A DNA stretch of 64,000 bases from an uncultured Gemmatimonadales bacterium (GTDB taxonomy: Bacteria > Gemmatimonadota > Gemmatimonadetes > Gemmatimonadales > GWC2-71-9), in NCBI GenBank assembly GCA_963844035.1, contig CAWJMT010000003.1:64001-128000 (forward strand), in the 5' to 3' direction. Each line of letters opens with the position of its first letter. Positions within the stretch are counted from its first letter, which is position 1. The notes beneath the pieces were generated by a model, which did no database searches, had not been told where the DNA came from, and was given only the letters and a program-made list of their open reading frames with translations. Of this stretch, positions 20,654 through 29,371 are shown in pieces. Made by a program: the position numbers and the translations under genes.

Positions 20654-21901
20654 GTGCTCGTCCTGACGGCGTGCGCGGAGAAGTTGACCGCTCCGGGGTA
20701 CTGCCCCGATTTCTGCACCAGCAGCTCGCTCACCATGACCGACACCATCCTCCCCGGCGCGATCACCGAGGACTCCGCCTTCAGCCGGCCGAACGGGTAT
20801 GTGAATCCGGACGACGCCGGCTACCTGCTCGCGGTATCCACTCCGGAGCGGGAAAGCCGCCCGATTTTCCGGTTCCCCGCGGTCTCGAATCGACTCGGCA
20901 TTGGCACGGACACGACGACCGCGGTGCTCGTCGGCGCCGACTCCGCGCGCTTGGCGATTACCATCACGCGCCGCGACACGGCCGTCGACCTGACCGTGTC
21001 GCTGTACGCGCTGCCGCTCACCATCGACACGACGACCGCGTTCCACGACCTGGATGGCGCCTTCGCCGGCCCCGCCGTGCGCACCGTGAATCTGGACTCC
21101 CTGCTGGCCAAATCGGCCGCCCCGTGTGCGGGTTTTCCCTGCTACTTCGACCCGGTCACCCACGATAGCGCGTTCTTGGATAAGGCGAACGACCGGGTGT
21201 TCCTGAGGATGGCGCTCGACACCCTCCAGGTGCCCCTCGTGCTGGGGGACACGGGCAAAGTCGCCTTCGGGATTCGCGTCAGCGGGAACGGCCCGACGAG
21301 CACCGCGATCGGCGCCCGGGAGCGCCAAGGCCTGGGTCCATTGTTCACGTGGTACGTGCGGATGGACTCGGCCAGCCAGAAGATCATCCACGTCTCGCGG
21401 CCGGCGGCCCTATCCTCCTTCGACAGCTTCGTGTTCGACCCGCCGAGCCTGCCGATCGGCTCCGACCTGGTGATCGGAGGGGTGCCCTCCGTCCGCACGA
21501 TCATGCGGATTGCGCTGCCCCGCGCCATCCGCGACTCGTCGCGCATCGTGCGCGCCACCCTCGAGTTCATCGCCGCCGCCCAGCTCGTGGGCACCGCCGC
21601 CGACGCGTTTCCGGTCATCGCGGCGCCGGTGCTCGCGGACTTCGGGGCCAAATCGCCGCTCGCGCCCGCGTTCAACGACACGACCCAGTTCGCCATCGCG
21701 CCGATCGACACGGTGCTCATCGACGTGACCAGCGTGCTCACCTACTGGACACTCGATAACCGGCGGCCCACCACGCTCGTGCTGCAGCAGATTCCCGAGG
21801 GAACGAACTTCGCGGAGCTGCGGTTGCACAGCTCCGCCAGCGTGGGCCAGGGTCCCCGGCTGCGCATCACGTACGCGCCGCGCTACCCGATCTCGCCGTG
21901 A
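20654..21901 (+). CDS. Hypothetical lipoprotein (true start probably near 20602, obscured by a frameshift)
   Basis: Lipobox-like LTAC, beta-rich 415 aa ORF, overlaps the next start. Confidence 0.7.
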   Translation: MLVLTACAEKLTAPGYCPDFCTSSSLTMTDTILPGAITEDSAFSRPNGYVNPDDAGYLLAVSTPERESRPIFRFPAVSNRLGIGTDTTTAVLVGADSARLAITITRRDTAVDLTVSLYALPLTIDTTTAFHDLDGAFAGPAVRTVNLDSLLAKSAAPCAGFPCYFDPVTHDSAFLDKANDRVFLRMALDTLQVPLVLGDTGKVAFGIRVSGNGPTSTAIGARERQGLGPLFTWYVRMDSASQKIIHVSRPAALSSFDSFVFDPPSLPIGSDLVIGGVPSVRTIMRIALPRAIRDSSRIVRATLEFIAAAQLVGTAADAFPVIAAPVLADFGAKSPLAPAFNDTTQFAIAPIDTVLIDVTSVLTYWTLDNRRPTTLVLQQIPEGTNFAELRLHSSASVGQGPRLRITYAPRYPISP

Positions 21902-23004
21902 TGCCGTTCCGCCGCGTCACCTTGATCGCCGCCTTCCTGCTCGCCGGGGCGCGCGCCGTCCAGGCGCAGGATTCGCAGTTCGGCATCCGCGGGGGCGGAA
22001 CGCCCGGGCGGCCTGAGAGCGTGCGCGCCCGCTCGACCGGGGGCGCGTTCGCGGCGTTCGACGCCGCGTCGGCCGTCGCGGACGTCTCGATCGCCGAGGC
22101 GCGGGTGCTCACGGCGACGACGATGGGCGCGTCCTATTTCCGCCAGGTGACCCTGCCGAACGCCACGACCGACCTGACCAGCACGCGGTTTCCGCTCCTG
22201 ACCCTGGTCGGGGCGGCGTCGAGCCGCGTGCGGATCGCCGGCGGGTACAGCACCTACCTGGAGGACAGCTACGTCATCACCACGCTCGACAGTGCGGTGG
22301 TGCGCGGCGACATGGTCCGGTTTATCGACCAGTCCGCGAGCGACGGCGGGAGCAGCGATCTGCGGATCTCGACCGCGGTGCGGGTCACCCCGACGTTCAC
22401 GCTCGGCGTCGGTCTGCACGCGATCACCGGCTCCGCACGCATCAGCATGACGCGCACCTTCTTCAATCCGGACTACGCCACCGTGCAGGATTCGCAGACG
22501 GTGCGCCAATCCGGGTTCGGTGTGTCGGCGAGCGCCCTGTTCCGCATGTCCCCGGCTCTCACGATCGTCGCGTTCGGCCGCGCGGACGGTCACACGAAGA
22601 AGAAGATCGACGAAGTCCGGGTGGCTGATACCGACCTCCCGAACATGGTCGGCGGTGCGGTACGGCTGATCCTGGGTCCGCTGGTGCGCGCGGCCGGATC
22701 GGTCGCATGGCGCGAGTGGACCAGCGTGAACGCCCCCGACACCTACAACACCCTCAACTACACGGCCGGCCTGGAGCTCGGGTCGGAGGGAAACGGGCTC
22801 CGCATCGGCGGGCGCTATGGCCAGCTGCCGTTCGGCCCGGGAGGGAGCGCGCCCACGGAATGGGGAGTGGCTGCCGGTTTCGGGCGCGTCATCGCGCGCG
22901 GGCATGCCGTCCTCGACTTCGGGGCCGAGCGGGTGGTCCGCGAAGGCACGACGCTGCACGAAGGGATCTGGACCCTGCTGTTCGGCCTCAGCATCCGGCA
23001 ATGA
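21898..23004 (+). CDS. Putative outer-membrane beta-barrel protein (FadL/OmpP1-like)
   Basis: Signal peptide AVQA-Q, alternating hydrophobic strands, N-terminal RARSTGGA segment. Confidence 0.6.
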   Translation: MMPFRRVTLIAAFLLAGARAVQAQDSQFGIRGGGTPGRPESVRARSTGGAFAAFDAASAVADVSIAEARVLTATTMGASYFRQVTLPNATTDLTSTRFPLLTLVGAASSRVRIAGGYSTYLEDSYVITTLDSAVVRGDMVRFIDQSASDGGSSDLRISTAVRVTPTFTLGVGLHAITGSARISMTRTFFNPDYATVQDSQTVRQSGFGVSASALFRMSPALTIVAFGRADGHTKKKIDEVRVADTDLPNMVGGAVRLILGPLVRAAGSVAWREWTSVNAPDTYNTLNYTAGLELGSEGNGLRIGGRYGQLPFGPGGSAPTEWGVAAGFGRVIARGHAVLDFGAERVVREGTTLHEGIWTLLFGLSIRQ

Positions 23005-24235
23005 ACGTTTTCTTCCATACCTTCGGCTGCCGGGCGAACCAGTACGATACGGAAGTGGTACGGCAGGCCCTCGCGGACCGCGGGGCGGCGGTGGTGGACG
23101 ATCCGGCCGCGGCCGATGTCGCGGTGGTCAACTCCTGCACCGTCACCGAGGAGAGCGAGATCAAGCTGCGGCGCTTCGTGCGCCGGCTGGCGCGCCGCGC
23201 CGACGGCCGGCCGCTCGAGACCGTCGTCATGGGCTGCGCCGCGGCGCGCGATGACGGCACGCTGCGCGCCCTCCCTTCCGTACGGGCCGTGGTTGCGGGT
23301 GCCGACACGGCGGCGGTGCTCTCGGCGGTCGGGTTCGCCGTGCCGCGCGTGGACCCGGTGCTGCGGCGCTTCGGTTCGAACCACCGCGGCTGGCTCAAGA
23401 TCCAGGACGGTTGCGACGAGCACTGCAGCTTCTGCGCGACCACGCTCGCCCGCGGCGCGAACCGGTCGCGCCCGATCGCGGAGCTGGTGCAAGAGGCAAA
23501 GGCACTCGCGCAGCATCATGCAGAGATCGTGCTGACGGGAGTCCATATCGGGACGTATGGCCAAGACGGGAAGGGGGAAGAGGGAAGGGGGAAGGGTACT
23601 CCCTCGGCGAGCTGCTCGAAGCCCTCATTTCTGCCGTGCCCGATGTTCGGTTCCGCCTTTCATCCATCGAAGCCACCGAGATCGACGACCGCATTGCGCA
23701 CCTCTTGATCGAAGAGCCACGGCGGCTCGCGCCCTACCTGCACGCGCCGCTGCAATCGGGATCGAACCGGGTGCTGCGCCGCATGGGGCGGCACTGGTAC
23801 ACGGCCGAGTCGTACCGCGCGCGGCTGGAATGGCTCGCGGCGCGGCTTCCGGTGTTCGGGCTCGGCGCCGATGTGATCGCGGGATTCCCCGGTGAGACCG
23901 ATGCCGACCACCAGGACACGATGATGCTCCTCCGGGCGCTGCCGTTCACCGCGCTGCACGTGTTTCCCTATAGCCCGCGGCCCGACACGGCTGCGACCCG
24001 CTTGGGGGACGACGTGCCGCCGGGGGCGATCCGGGTGCGGGCGGCGGAGCTGCGGACGCTCGGGGACGCCAAGGCGCGGGCCTATCGGGCCAGCCGCGTG
24101 GGCGCGATGGCCGACGGCGTCGCGAGCGGCCGCGTGGCGGGGCGGGTGGACGTGCTCACCGAGGACTATCTCTCGGTGTACATTCCCGTCGAGCACTGGG
24201 ATGGCGCGCCCCGATTCCCGGTGAAGGTGGCCTAG
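23001..24235 (+). CDS. mtaB: tRNA methylthiotransferase, MtaB-like (frameshift near 23598)
   Basis: TFGCRANQYD, NSCTVT, LKIQDGCDEHCSFC, LSSIE and HVFPYSPR. Confidence 0.85.
23568..23596 (+). repeat. Four-unit GGGAAGN array inside mtaB (GKGEEGRGKG)
   Basis: GGGAAGG GGGAAGA GGGAAGG GGGAAGG then GTAC, right after the GVHIGTYGQD codons. Confidence 0.88.
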
Positions 24236-24236
24236 T

Positions 24237-25554
24237 ATGCCCCGCGTGTACATCGAGACCTACGGCTGTCAGATGAACGTCGCCGACTCCGAGCTGATGC
24301 TCGGGTTGCTCGGCGCGAACGGGTACGAGCGCATCGACGATCCCGCCCTCGCGGACGTGATGCTCGTGAACACCTGCGCGGTGCGCGACCACGCGGAGCA
24401 GCGCGTGCTCGGCCGGGTGGGCGAGCTGAAGCGCCACAAGCGCGCCGGCGACGTGCTGGGCGTGGTGGGATGCATGGCGCAGCGGCTCGGCCCCAAGCTG
24501 CTCGAGCGCGTGCCGCAGGTGGATCTCGTCATCGGCCCCGACGGCTACCGCAACCTCCCCGAATTGATCGCCCGTGCGCAGAGCGGCACCCGGGCCGCGG
24601 ACGTGGAGTTCCGCGGCTGGGAGCACTACGAGGACGTGCCCGCGGCGCGCGGCGACGCGGCCTCCGCGTTCGTCACGGTGCAGCGCGGCTGCGATTATCG
24701 GTGCACCTTCTGCATTGTTCCGATGACGCGCGGGCCGGAGCGGAGCCGCATGTTGGCCGACGTGGTGCGCGAGGTGACCTCCGTCGCCGCGCGCGGTGCG
24801 ACGGAGGTGACGCTCCTTGGGCAGACGGTCAATAGTTATCACGACGGCACGCACGATTTCGCCGATCTGCTGCGCGCCGTCGGTGCCGTGGCGGGGATCC
24901 GGCGCGTGCGCTTCACATCGCCGTACCCCACCGACTTCACCGCCCGGGTGCTGGCCGCCATGGCCGAGACGCCCACCGTGTGCGAGCACGTCCACCTGCC
25001 GGTCCAGAGCGGCTCGAACCGCACCCTCAAGCGGATGCTGCGTCGCTACACGCGCGAGCGCTATCTCGAGGTGGTCGCGGAGCTGCGGGCGGCCATCCCG
25101 GCGATCGCGTTCTCGACCGATCTCATCGTGGGGTTCCCCGGCGAGACCGAGGACGACTTCGCGGAGACGATGTCGCTCGTCGAAGCCGCAGGGTTCGACG
25201 ACGCGTACACATTCAAGTTCTCGCCCCGCGACGGCACCCCGGCGCTGCGACTCCCGGACACCGTGCCGGACGACGTGGCCTCCGAGCGCCTCGCGCGGCT
25301 CATCGCGGTGGTGCGCGGCGTGGGGCGCGTCAAGAACGCGGCGCTCGTCGGCACCACGCACGAGGTGCTGGTCGAAGGACCGGCGAAGCGCGGCGAGCTG
25401 CTGCAGTCGCGCACCCGCACCAACAAGATCGCGCTGCTCGCGGGGCCGGTGGAGTGGATCGGGACCTACCGCACGCGTGCGGTTCAGCGGCACGACCGGC
25501 TCGACGTTCACCGCCGTACCGCTCGAAACGCCACAGGAGGTTGCCGCATGGTGA
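24237..25554 (+). CDS. miaB: tRNA-i6A37 methylthiotransferase MiaB (frameshift near 25475)
   Basis: ETYGCQMN, NTCAVR, GCDYRCTFC and GQTVNSY; TRAM domain finishes in another frame with RVRFSGTTGSTFTAVP...AW*. Confidence 0.93.
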
Positions 25555-25832
25555 CGAACGTGACGCTCGAGGTGGTGCAGCGCGAGTACCTCCAGCTGCG
25601 CGAGCGGCTCCCGAAGTTCTGCGGCTGCGCGACCTGCCACGGCGACGTGACGGTGTACGCGCTGAACCGCCTGGCGCCGCACTACGTGTCCACGCGGGAA
25701 GGCGAAGTGTTGACCGAGCTGTCGCTCGGCAGCGACCAGGAGAAGGCCAAGCTCGACGTGGCATTGCTCGAAGCGTTCCGCAAAGTGGGTCTCGCGCCCC
25801 GCTGCGGCGCCAAGCCGGTGCAGCTCCTCTAG
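25548..25832 (+). CDS. ComFB (late competence development) family protein
   Basis: 94 aa, NVTLEVV...CGCATCHGDVTVYALNRLAPHYV...PRC. Confidence 0.85.
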   Translation: MVTNVTLEVVQREYLQLRERLPKFCGCATCHGDVTVYALNRLAPHYVSTREGEVLTELSLGSDQEKAKLDVALLEAFRKVGLAPRCGAKPVQLL

Positions 25833-25849
25833 ACCGCTAAGGCGGCCCG

Positions 25850-28093
25850 GTGCGGCCGCCGATCCTGTTCCTCACAATTGGTTTTGCGCTAGGCCTCGCC
25901 CTTGGGGAAGGGGGACGGGGGATGGGGGACGGGTACGTCGTAGGGCCCGTCCTGCTTACCGCGGCGCTTCTATTTCGGCGCGCGCCGGTGGGCGCGGGCG
26001 TGGGGATCATGGGGGTGGCGGGCGTCCTGTGGGGATCGGCAGCGGTCAGCGCTCGCGCGGCGACCTGCGCCGGCCGCTGGAAGGACGGTAGCACCCGCGC
26101 TGCCATCGTACGCCTGTTGGATCCGGCGTCGGAGGGCGGCACAGTGGTGGAGGCGGAGGTCGTCCGCGGGAAAGAGTGCGGCGGCGGATTGCGGGTTCGT
26201 TGGCCGGACCATCCGGCGGCTGCTGGCGGCACGACATGGGTGGTGGCGGGACGCTGGGCGGCGCTCGGGGAAGGGCGGGGCGTGCTGGTCGCGCGGCGGG
26301 TGAAGCTGCTCGACCCCGTGCCGCGCGGGCGCGGTGCGCTTGCGCGGCCGGGTGATGACGCGCGCCACGGAGTTGTTCGGAAGCCGCGCGCGGCTGGTGC
26401 AAGCCCTCGTGATCGCCCCGGGTGTGGCGCTCGAGCCTGACGTGCGGGAGCGGTACGCGCGCTCGGGACTTGCCCACCTCCTCTCTATCTCCGGGTCTCC
26501 ACGTGGGGTTTCTCGCCGTGTGGCTGGGCGCCGCGCTCGGCCTGATGGGCGCACGCGGGCCGGCGCGTCTGTGGGCTACGTCCGCGGTCGTGATCGGCTA
26601 CATCTGGCTGCTCGGGTTTCCGGCGCCGGCCACGCGCTCGGGAGTGATGCTGGTGCTCGACGCGGTGGCACGCTGGCGCGAGCGGGTGGTCGCACCCCGC
26701 GGCGTGCTCAGCGTGACCGCCCTGTTGCTGTTACTTGCGGACCCCTGGGCGCTGCAATCGGTGGGTGCGTGGCTGTCACTCGGCGCCGTCGCCGCGGTGA
26801 TCTGGGGCGCGCGCGCCGCTGCGGACACTGCCGCGCTTCGCGCGGGTGGTCGTCCCGTCGCATCGCCGCGACGCTGTTCACGGCGCCGATCACCGCGCTC
26901 GCGTTCGGCACGGTCGCGCCGATCGGCGTGGCCGCCAACCTGGTCGCCATCCCAATCGCCGGGATCGCCGTGCCGGGGCTCGTGGTTGCGCTCGTCACAT
27001 CGTGGTTCGCACCACCGCTCGCGGGCTGCTCGCGGCGGGCTCGGGTCTCGGGCTTGCGCTGCTCGACGTGGTGGCGCGCGCCGCCGCCGCCGTTCCGGGC
27101 GGGCACGTGGTGACGGTGGCAGGCTGGAGTGCGGCTGGGGTCTGGCTCGCCGTCGCGTTGGTGGCATGGTGGCTGTGGCATTCGCCGCGGCGCCGCTGGG
27201 TGATCGTGGGACGCGTGGCTTTTGTGGCATGCGGCGTGGCATGGCTCTCGGTCGCGGGCGCTAGCGGCTCCGTCCCTCGACGCATGTCGCTGTGTCACAG
27301 TACATTTTCTCGACGTCGGCCAGGGAGACGCCGGGCTGCTGCGCACGCCCGCGGGCCGGTGGATCGTGATCGACGGGGGGCCGCTGACCCCTCAGGGTGA
27401 TGCGGGAACGCGCGTGGTCGTGCCGTTCCTGCGTCGCATGGGGGTCGAGCGGGTGGCGGTGGTGGTCGCGACCCACGGCGACGCCGATCACCTGGGGGGC
27501 ATTCCGGCGGTCGTGACGGCGTTCGCGCCCGACCTGGTGCTCGAGCCGGGCGAGCCGCTGGGCCGGCCGCACTATCTGCGGTTCCTGGCAACCGTCGAGG
27601 CGTCGCGAGCGCGCTACCGCGCGGCGCGCGCCGGCGACCGGATCGTGCTCGACGGCGTGACGCTCGAGGTCTTGAGTCCGGACAGCGCGCTGTTCGCGCT
27701 TCCCCTCGACGTGAACGAGCATGGCGTGGTGCTGCGCGTGACCTACGGCGACGTGCGGCTGCTGTTTCAGGCCGACGCCGGGTTGCCGGTGGAGCAGCAT
27801 CTCGCGGGCCAGGTGGGGCGGGTGGAGCTGCTCAAGGTGGGGCACCATGGCTCCCGCACCGCCACCTCGGACGCGTGGCTCGTCGGAGCTCGCGCCGCGC
27901 CAGGCGGTGATCAGCGTGGGGCGGCACAACAACTACGGACACCCCGCGCCCGAAGTCGTGGCGCGGTTGGCGCGGCACAGGATCGCGATATTGGAGAACC
28001 GATCGCGACGGAACTGTCACCTTTACCACGAACGGACAACGTGAACAGACAGACATCAGAGGTCAGACATCAGGTGTCAGGCGTCAGAACTGA
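25850..28093 (+). CDS. comEC: DNA uptake channel ComEC/Rec2 (several frameshifts)
   Basis: AHLLSISG(LH), FLDVGQGDA, THGDADHLGG, KVGHHGS, NNYGHP and RTDRDGTVTFTTNG ending at TGA 28091-28093. Confidence 0.9.
25904..25933 (+). repeat. Four-unit GGGANGG array inside the comEC 5' end (GEGGRGMGDG)
   Basis: GGGAAGG GGGACGG GGGATGG GGGACGG then GTAC. Confidence 0.85.
28050..28091 (+). repeat. Six-unit CAGNNNT heptamer array forming the comEC C-terminal tail
   Basis: CAGACAT CAGAGGT CAGACAT CAGGTGT CAGGCGT CAGAACT. Confidence 0.8.
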
Positions 28094-28101
28094 GGTTCGG
28101 G

Positions 28102-29367
28102 ATGCCGCGTAACGCCTTCTACGCGCAGTCGGGCGGGGTCACCGCCGTCATCAACGTCTCCGCGCAGGGCGTGATCGAGACGGCGCGGCGTCATCGCGAC
28201 ACGATCGGCAACGTCTACGCCGGCCGCAACGGCATCATCGGCGCGTTGACGGAAGACCTGATCGACACGTCGCAGGAATCGGATGCCGCGATCGCCGCGC
28301 TGCACCACACGCCGGCCGGTGCGTTCGGGTCGTGCCGCCACAAGCTCAAGCCGTTCGACAAGAACCCCGCCGAGTACGAGCGCCTCATGGAGGTGTTCAA
28401 GGCGCACGACATCGGGTACTTCTTCTACAACGGCGGCGGCGACTCGGCGGACACCTGTCTCAAGGTGTCGCAGCTCGCGGCCGAGCGGAAACTGCCGATT
28501 CAGGCGATCCACGTCCCGAAGACCATGGACAACGATCTGCCGCTCACCGACACCTGCCCGGGCTTCGGGTCGGTCGCGAAGTACGTGGCGATCTCGATCC
28601 GCGAAGCGGGGTTCGATCTGGCCTCGATGGCCAAGACGTCCACCAAGGTGTTCATCCTGGAAGTGATGGGGCGCCACGCCGGCTGGACCGCGGCGGCGGG
28701 CGGTCTCGCGGCCGAAAAGGCGGGCGATGCGCCGCAGGTAATCCTGTTTCCGGAGGTCGTGTTCGACGAGGCGAAGTTTCTCGCCGCGGTGGACACCTCG
28801 GTCAAGAAGTACGGCTCGTGCTCGATCGTGGCGAGCGAGGGACTCAAGTTGCCCTCGGGGGAGTTTCTCGCCGAAGCAGGCGGCAAGGATGCGTTTGGCC
28901 ACTCGCAGCTGGGCGGGCTGGCGCCGCTGCTGGCGCGGATCGTCAACGAGAAGCTCAAGTACAAGTATCACTTCGCCATTGCCGACTACCTGATGCGCGC
29001 GGCGCGTCACATCGCCTCCCGGACCGACGTCGAGCAGGCGTATGCGGTGGGCAAGGCGGCGGTGGAGCTGGCGTTGCTGGGCAAGTCGAGCGTGATGGCG
29101 ACGATCGAGCGTAAGTCGGAATCGCCCTACGTATGGGAGACCGGCAGCGCGCCGCTCGACAAGGTCGCCAATGTCGAGAAGAAGATGCCGCGTGATTACA
29201 TCACGGACGACGGCTTTCACATCACCGACAAGTGCCGCCGCTATCTCTCGCCGCTGATTCAGGGCGAGGATTACCCGCCGTACTCGAACGGGCTGCCGAG
29301 GTACGTGGTGCTCAAGAACGCGGCGGTTCCCAAGAAGCTCGCGACCACGTTCGAGCTGAAAAAATGA
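28102..29367 (+). CDS. 6-phosphofructokinase, probably PPi-dependent
   Basis: YAQSGGVTAVIN, NGGGDS, PKTMDND, EVMGRHAGW and DAFGHSQLGG. Confidence 0.9.
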   Translation: MPRNAFYAQSGGVTAVINVSAQGVIETARRHRDTIGNVYAGRNGIIGALTEDLIDTSQESDAAIAALHHTPAGAFGSCRHKLKPFDKNPAEYERLMEVFKAHDIGYFFYNGGGDSADTCLKVSQLAAERKLPIQAIHVPKTMDNDLPLTDTCPGFGSVAKYVAISIREAGFDLASMAKTSTKVFILEVMGRHAGWTAAAGGLAAEKAGDAPQVILFPEVVFDEAKFLAAVDTSVKKYGSCSIVASEGLKLPSGEFLAEAGGKDAFGHSQLGGLAPLLARIVNEKLKYKYHFAIADYLMRAARHIASRTDVEQAYAVGKAAVELALLGKSSVMATIERKSESPYVWETGSAPLDKVANVEKKMPRDYITDDGFHITDKCRRYLSPLIQGEDYPPYSNGLPRYVVLKNAAVPKKLATTFELKK

Positions 29368-29371
29368 ACGG

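Noticed and set aside
24237..25832. Apparent MiaB-ComFB fusion (531 aa ORF)
   Set aside because: The MiaB TRAM domain completes in another frame ending at 25554 and ComFB has its own ATG at 25548; one indel explains the fusion
1..28093. Mass pseudogenisation or programmed frameshifting of mraY, murD, ftsW, murG, ftsY, recG, asnS, alr and comEC
   Set aside because: Mostly essential or conserved genes with intact motifs, broken by scattered small indels in GC runs; typical of long-read consensus error
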